64,000 nucleotides of DNA from Chlamydiales bacterium. GTDB taxonomy: Bacteria; Chlamydiota; Chlamydiia; Chlamydiales; JAAKFR01. Shown one piece after another: positions 1-10,700 of the stretch; within the stretch, counting starts at the first letter, position 1; each line of letters opens with the position of its first letter. The position numbers and the translations under genes were made by a program. The notes under the pieces are model-generated. The model did not search any database. It had not been told where the DNA came from and saw only the letters and a list, made by a program, of their open reading frames with translations. The stretch is taken from contig JACKPM010000001.1 in assembly GCA_024233495.1 (NCBI GenBank), positions 258,584 to 322,583 on the forward strand. The letters run 5' to 3'.

Positions 1-974
1 GACGCACAGCACTTTTGAACCTGCTTCCAATGAGTCTGTATGAGCTTCAAAATGCAGGTTTTGAAATCTCACTAGAAGAAGCTCTTTTGTATGGTGGGTA
101 TCCCAGAATATACAAAGATGAGCTAGATCCAACAAAAGCATATCGCAATTACTTTCAAACGTATGTTGAGCGCGACTTGCGGCAACTTATTCAGATAAGA
201 GATCTATCTTTATTTCAACGCTTTGTGAAGATGTGCGCGGGTCGCATAGGTCAGATTGTCAACCTTGATAGCCTTGGTGGAGAGGTGGGGATTTCTGCAA
301 ATACCGTCAAAGAGTGGATCTCTATTCTAGATGGTGTCGTCAAATTTTCTCCTTTGTCAGCCGGATCTTTTCTGCCAAAATGCGCCCTCGCAACCTCGGA
401 AGTAGCGCTTTGGCTACTCCCTTCGCTTTCGATTGCGCATTTTGCCTAGAAAATCTCTCGCCTCACAAAGGAGAAAATTTGACGACACCATCTAGAAGCC
501 TCTTTTATTCTGATTCGTTTGCGGCCCTATTTTGAAAATTTTGGGAAAAGAGTGATCAAGTCACCCAAACTTTACTTTACAGATGTTGGGCTGGTGAGCT
601 ATTTGCTCGATATCGAAAACATTCAACAAATTTCACGAGACCCATTGCGGGGGCAGCTTGTTGAAAACTTAGTTGTCCTCGAGCTAATAAAAAGTCGATA
701 CAATCAAGGGCTTGATCCGCAGCTCTACTTTTTTCGAGATTCGAATGGGCGTGAAGTAGACTTGATCTTTAAGCAGGCAAATCAATTGATTCCGATCGAG
801 ATTAAAGCTGCAGAAACATTCAATACCTCTTTTCTAAAAAATCTGAACTTCTTTAAGAAGCTAGTAGGAGAGCGGTGTGAAAAAAAGTTTGTCGTGTATG
901 CTGGGCAAGAAGAGCAAGAAGGGGAGAATTTTTCTCTGGTCAATTTTCATCACGCGCACAAGATTGTAAGGTGA
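1..974 (+). pseudogene. AAA+ ATPase with DUF4143-type C-terminal domain. It is 5'-partial at the window edge and split by a MITE-A insertion into ORFs 15..449 and 519..974.
   Basis: The frame is open from base 3. Removing 330..492 plus one TA joins ...KEWISIL to EASFILIRLRPYFENFGKRVIKSPKLYFTDVGL in frame, a motif typical of DUF4143 ATPases. In the host frame the insert brings a TAG at 447..449. Confidence 0.7.
330..492 (+). mobile_element. MITE family A, copy 1 (163 bp foldback element), inside the AAA ATPase gene
   Basis: It has perfect 28-bp terminal inverted repeats, GATGGTGTCGTCAAATTTTCTCCTTTGT. TA flanks lie at 328..329 and 493..494 within a CTAG context. It is near-identical to five other copies in the window. 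Confidence 0.9.
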
Positions 975-1087
975 GTCAGTGAGATTATACAGTTTTTTAT
1001 TGCTATTCGTGTGTACGGGGTGCTGCTGCTATACGCAGACAGAGCGTCCTTATATGATTGGGAAGACTCCAGTGGAAGCTCAGCCAA

Positions 1088-2554
1088 CTATTGCTGAGTC
1101 CACTCCTTCTTAAGTGTCGCGAGCCTTTTATTTGAGACGCCGCCCAAGAAGTTGATAGCATTGAGGAGGCGAGCGCGTGTGATATCCCGGCCCAAAATCT
1201 TTACAGAGTCAAAGAGAGGAGGCCCCTTCTCTTTTCCCATAATCGTACCAAAGAGAAGCGCCATCACCACTTTTTTGTGGTGCACTTCGAAGTGCTCTGC
1301 GACGCGGTGCGACGCTTGCTCAATCCCTGTATTCGACCAATCTTCACTCTCTTCCATCGACCATATGACGCACTGCAAAATGCAGGCCGCTGTTGTGGGG
1401 TCGATGTTTTTCGGAGTGAGGAGCTCTTGTGTGTAGGGCAGGTGGTTAATGAAGAAGAAGTCACACAGCTCGATAAATTCGCCAAACGTTTTGATGCGCG
1501 TATGCACAAGCGGCATGAGTTTTTTCATGAAGGTATCTGAAAAGCCCCACTCACGGATACGCCCCCAAAGCTTTTCTTCGGGAATATGGTTGATGAGGTA
1601 GTGCTGGTTGAGCCAGTCGAGCTTTTTAATGTCAAAAACCGCTCCTGACTTTCCAATCCGTTTTGCATCAAAGTGCTCAATCACTTCATCGAGTGAGTAG
1701 ATCTCCTTATCTTCGGGCATGCTGTAGCCCATAAGGGAAAGGAAGTTGAGAAATCCTTCGGGGAGGTAGCCGCTATCGCGGTAAAAGAAAATGGAGGTAG
1801 GGTTCTTTCTCTTGCTGAGCTTTTTGCCATCGACTCCAAGAAGAAGAGGCATGTGCAGGAACTCGGGAGGCTGCCATCCAAAGTGCTCATAGAGGAGGAT
1901 GTGTTTTGGAGTAGAACTAATCCACTCGTCGCCGCGGATGACGTGCGAAATTTTCATGAGGTGGTCATCCACAACATTTGCGAGGTGGTAGGTAGGAAAA
2001 CCATCTGACTTGAGGAGCACCTGGTCGTCGATGTCAGCCCATGGCACGGTGATGCGCCCTTTGATACGGTCTTCAAAGACACACTCGCCAGTGAGCGGTA
2101 CTTTGAGACGGAGGGTGAAGGGCTGCCCCTCCCGGGCTTTGATCTCCTCTTGGGATAGGTTGCGGTAGCGACGGTCATAGCCGCCTGCTTTGCGCATTTC
2201 GCGCATCTCTGCAAGCTCTTCGGCTGTTGCAAAGCATTTGTATGCCTTTCCCTCTTCAAGAAGTTGATACGCATATTTTTTATAGATGTCGGAGCGTTCA
2301 GATTGTTTGTAAGGAGCGTAGGGGCCTCCGATATCTGGTCCCTCATCCCACTGCAACCCACACCACTTGAGGGCGTCAAAGAGGTTGCGCTCATACTCCG
2401 GTCGGCTACGCGATTGGTCGGTATCCTCAACGCGTAGAATAAAGGCGCCTTTATGGTGACGTGCAAAAATATAGTTAAAAAGTGCCATGTAAGCGGTGCC
2501 TACATGAGGGTCCCCAGTGGGGGAGGGCGCGATTCGAACACGTATATCAGACAT
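1088..2554 (-). CDS. gltX: Glutamate--tRNA ligase
   Basis: 488 aa. Class I signature region [16 protein letters not shown] and KLSKRK (KMSKS-type) motif. Confidence 0.95.
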   Translation of the reverse strand: MSDIRVRIAPSPTGDPHVGTAYMALFNYIFARHHKGAFILRVEDTDQSRSRPEYERNLFDALKWCGLQWDEGPDIGGPYAPYKQSERSDIYKKYAYQLLEEGKAYKCFATAEELAEMREMRKAGGYDRRYRNLSQEEIKAREGQPFTLRLKVPLTGECVFEDRIKGRITVPWADIDDQVLLKSDGFPTYHLANVVDDHLMKISHVIRGDEWISSTPKHILLYEHFGWQPPEFLHMPLLLGVDGKKLSKRKNPTSIFFYRDSGYLPEGFLNFLSLMGYSMPEDKEIYSLDEVIEHFDAKRIGKSGAVFDIKKLDWLNQHYLINHIPEEKLWGRIREWGFSDTFMKKLMPLVHTRIKTFGEFIELCDFFFINHLPYTQELLTPKNIDPTTAACILQCVIWSMEESEDWSNTGIEQASHRVAEHFEVHHKKVVMALLFGTIMGKEKGPPLFDSVKILGRDITRARLLNAINFLGGVSNKRLATLKKEWTQQ

Positions 2555-2572
2555 AGTGCAAGGGAGTATAAT

Positions 2573-4462
2573 CTAATTGAGAAGGAGGATCAAGTCTTTG
2601 GTGATATCGATTGCCTCTTGTAGCTGAGGGTCGCTTTTATTGAGTAGCTCAATGCGCTCAGAAGGAACATCGTCTTCGTCAAGGGCTGCAAGAAAATTTT
2701 GATAGAGCTTGCTCTGTTCAACTCTCTTTTTTGAGTTTTCTGCCAAGAGGGGAATGAAGCGGTTGTACATCTTAAGGCGGGGCTGCAAATTGTAGCGGTA
2801 GAGCCAGCTGATCTGTTCGCGCTGTACAAGAGGAATATCTGAAAGGTCATCGTCGAAGTTCTCTGGAATTGAGTCATTCTCTAGAGGAAACTTCCCGTAC
2901 TTCTCCCCAATATCCATCACAGAGTAAGCACTTGGCACGACAATGTCTGAAGCCACGCCGACAAGTTGAGGGCTCTTCCCTGATACAGTGTAGTAGCGGC
3001 CACGAGTCACTTTAAACTCGCCCTTAGGGTTCACCCGTCCATTGCTTGCTGCATCGAGTGTAAAAGTTTGGAAGGTGCCTTTGCCATAGGTGTGCTCATC
3101 ACCCACTACAATGGCGCGTCCATAGTCTTGCAATGTTTGTGCGACAATTTCTGCAGCAGAGGCGCTGATTTTGCTCGTAAGCACAATGAGAGGGCCATCA
3201 TAGGCGACTTTTCCATCAATGTCGCGCAAATGCTCAAGTTCGCCATTGTTATCCTTCACGGAGACAACAATTCCCTTTGAGATAAAGAGGCCACAGACGG
3301 CAACAGCTTGTGGCAAGACGCCGCCAGAGTTGGTGCGCAAGTCGAGAACCACACCTTTGAGGCGGTCATTCTTCTTGATTTCAGCAAGATGTTCATAGAT
3401 GTCCGAGCACGAGCTGTGCACAGGGTCTTGATAGAAGGCGTGTAGAGCGATATGTGCAATCACACCATCGCCGTAGGGGTAGGTATGCGATTCGATACGC
3501 GCTTCTTGAATTACCACCTCACCGCGGGTGATGACAATTTTGTGCACCTCTTCGTCGCGCAAAGCAGTGAGCACCACTTGTGTGCCCTCTTCCCCTCGGA
3601 TGAGTTCAACGGCGTCAGTGATTTCATATCCTACGACGGGCTCATCATCGATCGCAATTACGCGGTCTCCTACTTTTAGTCCTGTATCTTGGCTCGCTGG
3701 CCCCCCCTCAATGATTTTGACAATAGTAAAGCCATTGAGGTCATCGCGGAGCTGCGCACCAATGCCAAAGAGGCGCTGTTGCACTTGGATCATGAATTGA
3801 GATGCCTCACCAGGGGTAAAATAGGAGGTATGGCCATCTAGTGAACAGGCAAACGATTTCAGTACGTTCGAAAGGACGATCTTTTGCATCTCCTCAGTGG
3901 AGGCACTCTTGACTTCATCTTCTTTCACTAGCCGTCTTTTGACGATGCGCTGCATCACCCGATCACGCGCTTCAATATCAAGTTTCTCAGCAGCCTCTAA
4001 CTGAAGAGTACGCAGCTTGTGAAGGCGGTCCAAAAGCACTTCCTCACTCTCAGCCCACGGCAGGTCATGAAATTCATCAATAGAGACCTCCTCTGGAGGG
4101 GGAAGGATATCAATTTTTGCCTCTAAGCGGTTACGGCGATGAATCGCAAAGAGCATTTTGTCTTGAATACGCTGAAAAAAGGAAAAGTCGCCATTGTTCA
4201 CTTGCTCAAGGAGGGGGGTGTAGTCATCAAGCTCGAGCCACTGGTCCACCTCCGACTTGAGAAGATAGCAGCGAGAACCATCAATTTCTTCAAGATAGGA
4301 CTCAACAGCTCTAGCAACTAAAGCGGGCGTGAGCACTTTATAGGAGGCATGGCTCTCCATAATCTGCGCAAGCATTGTGGAGACATCTAAAGGGGTGATC
4401 TCGGGCAGTTTGCCGGCTGTAAGAAGGAAGAGGGCGAAAAAAGGGGTCAAAAAACGTTTCAT
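2573..4462 (-). CDS. tsp: Tail-specific (C-terminal processing) protease, peptidase S41 with PDZ domain
   Basis: The ORF is 2573..4480, and the likely start is Met7 (MKRFLTPFFALFLL, signal-like). PDZ region GIGAQL...GGPA...GDRVIAID and S41 core NSGG...TSKISASAAE. Confidence 0.9.
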   Translation of the reverse strand: MKRFLTPFFALFLLTAGKLPEITPLDVSTMLAQIMESHASYKVLTPALVARAVESYLEEIDGSRCYLLKSEVDQWLELDDYTPLLEQVNNGDFSFFQRIQDKMLFAIHRRNRLEAKIDILPPPEEVSIDEFHDLPWAESEEVLLDRLHKLRTLQLEAAEKLDIEARDRVMQRIVKRRLVKEDEVKSASTEEMQKIVLSNVLKSFACSLDGHTSYFTPGEASQFMIQVQQRLFGIGAQLRDDLNGFTIVKIIEGGPASQDTGLKVGDRVIAIDDEPVVGYEITDAVELIRGEEGTQVVLTALRDEEVHKIVITRGEVVIQEARIESHTYPYGDGVIAHIALHAFYQDPVHSSCSDIYEHLAEIKKNDRLKGVVLDLRTNSGGVLPQAVAVCGLFISKGIVVSVKDNNGELEHLRDIDGKVAYDGPLIVLTSKISASAAEIVAQTLQDYGRAIVVGDEHTYGKGTFQTFTLDAASNGRVNPKGEFKVTRGRYYTVSGKSPQLVGVASDIVVPSAYSVMDIGEKYGKFPLENDSIPENFDDDLSDIPLVQREQISWLYRYNLQPRLKMYNRFIPLLAENSKKRVEQSKLYQNFLAALDEDDVPSERIELLNKSDPQLQEAIDITKDLILLLN

Positions 4463-4737
4463 TCCACCTGGAGATACCACCTGCGCACATTAAAGGCCAG
4501 AAATAAGCCAAAAGGAGAGATAAAGTTTTTTTTATAAGGCGAGAAAGGTGAGGGGGTTTAGAAAAATAACTATAAAGATGTTGTAAGTACAGTGTATATT
4601 TAGAATAAATATGAGAATTATGTTGTTATTAAATCGACCTTTAATGAAAATATTACACTTTAATGACTCCTGCGGCGGGGAAAATGAGAGTTTGAGCCAA
4701 AACCGAGTTGGAAAATTAACGAAATGCTAAAAAAATC

Positions 4738-4767
4738 TTGATGTTTATATCAAAAACGGGCGATAAT
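4738..4767 (+). promoter_or_regulatory. Candidate sigma-66/70-type promoter upstream of the euo-like gene
   Basis: TTGATG (4738..4743), an 18-nt spacer, then GATAAT (4762..4767), inside a 414-bp AT-rich intergenic region. This is pattern only. Confidence 0.25.
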
Positions 4768-4894
4768 ATTAATATAAAACAAAAAAAACAAAGGTTTAAA
4801 ATGCTATTTGAGCATTCCAAATATTAAGAGACGGTAAAAATAGCTTTAAAACCTAGAAAAGGCTATCATTAAAAACCTTAGGGGGTTAAAAACC

Positions 4895-5323
4895 ATGGAA
4901 GAGCAAAAGATGGAAAATACTGAGGAGAGAAAAGTCGTTTCCATTACTGAGGCTGCAAAGATTAATAACGTAACGCGTCAAGCGATCTATGTTGCGATCA
5001 AGCAGAAGAAGTTGAGAGCGACAAAGAAGACACGTTGGGAAATCGACCTGAAGGATCTGGAAGAGTACAGGCGTAATAAGTACTCTCGTAAGAAGTCGAT
5101 CTTTGATGGCGAGCTTCTTTTTGACAATGATAAGGGTTACTACTCTGTAAATCAGGTAGCAGAGAAGCTAGGTGTTCCTGCTCAGAAGATTTACTACGCT
5201 ACGCGTACAGGGATGATCAAGGGGGCTCGCAAGGGAGCTGCTTGGGTGATCCATACAGAGGAGATCGAGCGTTACAGAGCTGAGTACCTAGACAAGCGTG
5301 CTCAAAAGTCAGAAGCGTCTTAA
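4895..5323 (+). CDS. euo: EUO-like DNA-binding protein with two excisionase/MerR-type HTH motifs
   Basis: 142 aa. Two HTH-like segments: ITEAAKINNVTRQAIYVAIKQKKL and VNQVAEKLGVPAQKIYYATRTGMI. Its position between gltX/tsp and recJ-secDF matches the chlamydial euo locus as I recall it. Confidence 0.6.
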   Translation: MEEQKMENTEERKVVSITEAAKINNVTRQAIYVAIKQKKLRATKKTRWEIDLKDLEEYRRNKYSRKKSIFDGELLFDNDKGYYSVNQVAEKLGVPAQKIYYATRTGMIKGARKGAAWVIHTEEIERYRAEYLDKRAQKSEAS

Positions 5324-5348
5324 TCTCGATGTATCCAAATTTCTAGAA

Positions 5349-5385
5349 GATTCCGTAGTGTGAAAACACTCGGGATCTTTTTTTT
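5349..5385 (+). terminator. Rho-independent terminator downstream of euo
   Basis: Hairpin GATTCCGTAGTGT-GAAA-ACACTCGGGATC (about 12 bp, one bulge) followed by T8 at 5378..5385. Confidence 0.8.
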
Positions 5386-5418
5386 CGATGAAAATGAAGA
5401 AATTTTCAAAAATTGCTA

Positions 5419-5581
5419 GATGGTGTTGTCAAATTTTCTCCTTTGTCAGCCGGATTTTTTCTGCCAAAATGCGCCCTCGCAACCTCGGAAGTAGCGCTTT
5501 GGCTACTCCCTTCGCTTTCGATTGCGCATTTTGCCTAGAAAATCTCTCGCCTCACAAAGGAGAAAATTTGACGACACCATC
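5419..5581 (+). mobile_element. MITE family A, copy 2
   Basis: 163 bp with the same TIRs (one TIR mismatch). TA at 5417..5418 and 5582..5583. The right flank is CTAC rather than CTAG, which fixes the duplication as TA. Confidence 0.9.
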
Positions 5582-5680
5582 TACTATGAGGCGTCTTTTG
5601 CTTGCGGCCTCTTACTTCATTTGCTTGAGAGAGCACAGATTTATGCTTAATAGGCCTTTACTCTCATGAATTGATGTATA

Positions 5681-5881
5681 ATCAAATCGGTTGAAAATTT
5701 TACAAACTCATACCATTTGGCTTTGAAAATCGTGCTCGTTTTACAGACCATCTCTAATACCATTTGGCTTCACCAAAGATTGCGCTCGTTCTCGTAGACC
5801 ATAAATGGTCTAAGTCGAACTCCGTGCTTACTTTAGCTTTGCCATCTGGCACGAATTTGTAAAATTTTCAACCGATTTGAC
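5681..5881 (+). mobile_element. MITE family B, copy 1 (with an internal duplication of about 46 bp)
   Basis: TIRs (G/A)TCAAATCGGTTGAAAATTTTACAAA ... TTTGTAAAATTTTCAACCGATTTGAC, flanked by TATA on both sides. It abuts the recJ stop codon. Confidence 0.85.
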
Positions 5882-5886
5882 TATAT

Positions 5887-7647
5887 CTAGCTTTCTATCA
5901 CTTGGAAGTCACGGATGAGGAGCTGAATGCTGCTCTTATTATGGAAACGATTGATCTGGGGAGTGTAAGCGATCCGTAGGCGGAGGTTCCGTTTGCGGAT
6001 TAGTTTTTTTCTGTCAGCCATTCCAAAAGCAATACCTTCTAACATGCGGTCATCTTGCTCTAAGTAAAGCTTGAGGTGGTTCCCTCCAATCACCTTAGGC
6101 ACCCATGTCTGGTTTGCCTCACAATAGAGGAGCGGAGGAGGATTTTCATTGCCATAAGGCTCGAAGAGCTCAAGAGAGCTGAGCAGATCATAGGAGAGTT
6201 CTTTAAAGTCGGTCTTTGCATCAAGATAGAGCTTTGAAATGATGTCCTGCTCTTTCAATGATGAGTTAGCAGCGTGCAAAAACCTTTTCTTGAATTGAGG
6301 GATATCCTCTTCTTTAATCGTGAGCCCTGCCGCAAAGTCGTGTCCCCCATAGTTTAAAAAGAGGTCAGCAGACTTTTTAAGGACAGGTAGCAGGGGAAAC
6401 TCTCGGATTGTACGCGCAGAGCCTTTCCCCAACCCGTTGTCAATAGCGATCAAAACAGTGGGGCGGTTATAGAGCTTTGCGAGACGTGCACTCAAGATGG
6501 GGATCACTCCAGGATGCCACCTATCTGAGCTCAAAATGATAGCCTTCTCCTTTAAAATACCAGGATTCTCTTTAAGTAGCTTTTCGATATCTTCGGAGAC
6601 CACTTGTTCAATCTTTTGCCGCTCAATGTTAAAGAGGTCGAGCTCTTTTGCTAAATCTTCCGCTGTTTTCTCATTGCGTACAAGGAGGAGTTCCACCCCT
6701 TTTCGTGGGTCAGCAACGCGGCCGAGGCTATTGAGGCGGGGAGCGATCTTTGTTGCGATATCAACAGTGGAGGCTTCGCTTTTTTCCACACCACAAATGG
6801 TAAGCAATTTGATTAGCCCCATGCGCTTGGTTTTGCGTAGCTGCATCAAGCCATATCGCACGAGGATGCGGTTCTCATCGTGCAAAACGCCCATATCGGC
6901 AACTGTACCAAGCGCGACTAGATCGAGGTAGGTTTTGAGGTCAACTTTTTTTGGAGAGAGCTCTTTTTTCGAAACAAGGTAATTGGTGAGGGCGTGAGCA
7001 AATTTGAAGGCGACGCCTACTCCAGTGAGTTCTCGGTGGGGGTAAGTTTGGCTAGGTAGTTTCGGATTAAGAATAGCGATACATTCGGGAATTTTTTCTG
7101 TGGGCTCGTGGTGATCAGTGATGATTACATCAATTCCTGCATCACTCACTTTTTTGATTTCGCGTACAGCGGTGATGCCGCAGTCAACAGTGATCAAAAC
7201 AGAGCAATTTTTCTCCTGTGCATAGGGTAGTGCATCGACAAACGTCTCTTGTCTTTTGAGGGTGTGGTTGGGGAGGTAGTACTCAACGCGTCCTCCCACC
7301 TTCTTCAAAAACTCAGCAAGGAGAACAGTTCCCGTGATGCCGTCAACGTCATTGTCGCCGTAGATCAAAATGCCCTCGCCCCTCTTCAATGCTTTGGCGA
7401 TGCGATTGACAGCCTTTGACATATTCAAGAAGAGTTTGGGATCGTGTAGATCGGGGAGTTTTGCGTAGAGGAATCGGTGAATCGCCTTCATGTCGTGGAA
7501 ACCGCGTGAGGCGAGAATTTGAGCCGTGACAGGGTGCACACCAAACTCTGCAATAATTTTGTCTACCCAATGGAGATCATTCTCCGGATAGCACCATATT
7601 GGCTCTCCCTCAACCGCAGCTTCTGCAAAATTGCCGTCTCTCATCAA
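5887..7647 (-). CDS. recJ: Single-stranded-DNA-specific exonuclease RecJ
   Basis: 586 aa. DHH motifs (IYGDNDVDGITG, ITVDCG, IITDHH) and DHHA1-type GGHDFAAG. Confidence 0.9.
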   Translation of the reverse strand: MMRDGNFAEAAVEGEPIWCYPENDLHWVDKIIAEFGVHPVTAQILASRGFHDMKAIHRFLYAKLPDLHDPKLFLNMSKAVNRIAKALKRGEGILIYGDNDVDGITGTVLLAEFLKKVGGRVEYYLPNHTLKRQETFVDALPYAQEKNCSVLITVDCGITAVREIKKVSDAGIDVIITDHHEPTEKIPECIAILNPKLPSQTYPHRELTGVGVAFKFAHALTNYLVSKKELSPKKVDLKTYLDLVALGTVADMGVLHDENRILVRYGLMQLRKTKRMGLIKLLTICGVEKSEASTVDIATKIAPRLNSLGRVADPRKGVELLLVRNEKTAEDLAKELDLFNIERQKIEQVVSEDIEKLLKENPGILKEKAIILSSDRWHPGVIPILSARLAKLYNRPTVLIAIDNGLGKGSARTIREFPLLPVLKKSADLFLNYGGHDFAAGLTIKEEDIPQFKKRFLHAANSSLKEQDIISKLYLDAKTDFKELSYDLLSSLELFEPYGNENPPPLLYCEANQTWVPKVIGGNHLKLYLEQDDRMLEGIAFGMADRKKLIRKRNLRLRIAYTPQINRFHNKSSIQLLIRDFQVIES

Positions 7648-7715
7648 TACCCATTACGCCCAGTGCGTCATTCTAGCAGGCCCAATCGAGAACCGCTACT
7701 ACGAAATGACGCTCG

Positions 7716-10700
7716 TCAAACTTTTTTCACAGACTCCTCTGTCTCTTCATTCTTACGGTGGAAGTAAAGAAGAACAGGAGCCGCGACAAAGAGTGAACTG
7801 AACGTTCCAATCGCAACGCCAAGGGTCATGATGAGTGCGAAGTTTAAGATCGAAGCGCCACCAAAGATGACAAGGGCCAGCAGTACAGCAAGCGTCGTTC
7901 CTGATGTCATCACTGTGCGACTCAATGTAGCATTGAGGGCATGATTGACAACATCAACGAAGCGCGACTTGCGCATGAGGCGAATGTCTTCCCGAATACG
8001 GTCGAAGATGATGATCGTGTCATTGAGAGAGTAACCCACAATGGTCATCAGAGCTGCAATCACTTGAAGATCAATCTGTACGACGCCGAAGAATGCGTGT
8101 AAAATAGCAAGCACTCCGAGCGTTACAAGCAAGTCGTGTGCAATCGCCACAGTTGCGGAAATAGCATACTTGAACTCGAACCGGAAGGTGATGTAGATCA
8201 AGATTCCAATGAGCGCCAAGATCAAGCCAAAGAGGGCTTGGTTGCGCATGGTCTCAGAGAGTTGACCGCTCATTTCTGTCCAGTGCAAGTTTAGATCTTC
8301 GAGAGAAGCTGGGTTGAGCTGCAGCCCTTGAGCTTCTAGCGCATTGACAATCCATACAATGCGCGGATACGTCTGGTAGGCGAAGAGCGGATTCTCTGGC
8401 ACTTTCACAGCAGAGAGATCGGAGAAAGCGCCTCCTTGCTGCTCCATTCCCATGCCGAGCTGAATGCGGAGTTGGTTAGGGCGGTTGAGCTCTTGGATCT
8501 GGAAGTCTACAGAAGAGGCCCCCGCTTTCACAAGCGCCTGCTCAGCCTCTTTGCGGTATGCCAGACCACTTTGCTCTTGAAGATCGACTGAAAGTGCATA
8601 TCCTCCAGTAAAGTCCATGCCAAAGATGGAGTGTCGCTCTTTGATAAGGAAGAAGCCTCCCACCAAAATAACCACTAGAGCAGAAATGATCGCAACACGC
8701 GCCTTCTTCAAGAAGTCGAACTTTGTCTCTTTGAAGAGATGCACCATCTTCAATACTTTGTGCTTCGGATTCTGCACCCACCCGGCAAAGAAGAAGCGCG
8801 TCATAAAGAGAGCAGTAAACATCGAACTCAAAATACCAATGATAAGGGTGAGCGCCAATCCTTTGATCGGCCCCGCATCAAAGTTGAGCAAGATAATCGC
8901 CGCCAAAATTGTCGTTAAGTTGGAGTCAATAATCGCGCTGTATGCCTTGCGATAACCTGCTGCAATCGCAGAGGGGAGGCGTCCAGAAAGCGCGAACTCT
9001 TCCCGAATACGCTCGAAAACAAGCACGTTCGCATCAACCGACATTCCGATCGACAAGATAATACCTGCAATTCCAGGAAGGGTAAGAGCGGCGCCCAAGT
9101 TTTGCAAAACGCCCCAAATGATCAACAGGTTTACAATCACTGCAACACACGCAATCACACCACTGAAGCGGTAAACCGAACACATGATGGCTGCCATAAG
9201 CAATAGGCCAAGAGCGGCGGCTACAATTCCTTGTGTGCGCTGCTCTTTACCAAGATCAGGGCTCACATTCTCTTCAGAAAGAATCTGTGGCGTAAAGCTC
9301 AAAGAACCAGCTTTTAGGTCAGCAACTAAGCTGTTCACTTCACGTTGTGAGAAGTGTCCTGTGATGTGCGCGCTATCACGTAGTGAAGCGTTCAAGGTGG
9401 GAGCTGTAATCACGCTGCCATTCAAAATGACTGCCATGCGCCACCCACGTCCTCGGGAATAGTTCTCTTTTGGGGTTCCAGCAATCTTTTCTTCTGAGAA
9501 TTGAGAGGTCCATGTGTAGAAAGCGTCGCGAGGATTCACCTTCTGTCCGAAGCTGTTGACGTAGGAGCTTTTCACTCCAAAGTAGAGGGTGTTTCCATCT
9601 TTTGGGTCGTAGCCTGACTGAATGTCATTGAGGTTTGCTCCCTCCAACGCATAGTTGCGGAAGACAATGATGAGCGGATATGTCTGCCCTTGCCAATCAG
9701 TGTAGTCAGAGCCACGGAAGCGGGTAATTGCAGATAGGGTGTCATCGAAGGCACTTGATCTAGGAGCACTGCGTGGCCCTGCCAACCTAAGTCCATTCTC
9801 ATAGAGCAACTTTGCGTGACTCGTATAAGGGGTAAACTCGTCTGGATGATCGAGGCTGCCTCCAAGGTGCTGCCATGCAATCTCATTCAAACTTTCAGTA
9901 TCTGTGCGGTTAGTGATGACAGCTTCGTTCCAAACCTCTTCAAGGAAGGTGTTCACTGCCTCAGCAAGTGTTGGATTCTCCCTTGTGAACTTCTCATTCA
10001 CCACGTTGAAATACATTGCAGAAGATTGAATCAACTCAGAAGCAGAAAGCGCTTGAGAGCCAGGGAAGTCGAGCACAATATTGGACCCTTCAGTGCGTAT
10101 TCCAACTTCAGAAACTCCTAATCTGTTCACCCTCTGATAGAGTTCATTCACAGCTTGGCGCAAATCATTCTCATCAGTGATCGCAACGTTGTTTTGGTCT
10201 TTCAACCCAATGCGTACTGTCTTTCCACCAGAGAGGTCCAAGCCCCATTTCAAAATCTTGCGTTCGTCGCCGCGGAAATACTTGAGCGTACTCAATTTCA
10301 AGTTGCTCAAAAGCACATTTTGCGTTGGCTTTGGTACATCGAAGCGTGTTTGGGGGTCGATAGAGACGCGCGCTTGACGGTACTCATCTTGCCACTTCAC
10401 CAAGTCCTCTTGAATGCGGGTCTCAATTTTGTTGCGCGTCAACATGCGCTCTTCCACATTTGTGAACTCAAGAAGGGCAAACTTTTTGCTTCCCTTTACT
10501 TGGAATTCTTCGCGTGTGGCTGCAATCAAGTAAGAGTAGTAGTCGTCAAGTTCAAAGACATAGTCATCATCATGCCCAGCAGGTAGGCCAGAGTTTTTGC
10601 CTGCGTAGCCGATGAAGCCGTTTGAGCGCATGATCTCTTGCAACTTCATGAAGTCAGCTTCATATGCACTCTTCTCTGTGCTATCGGGAAGCTCTTGATA

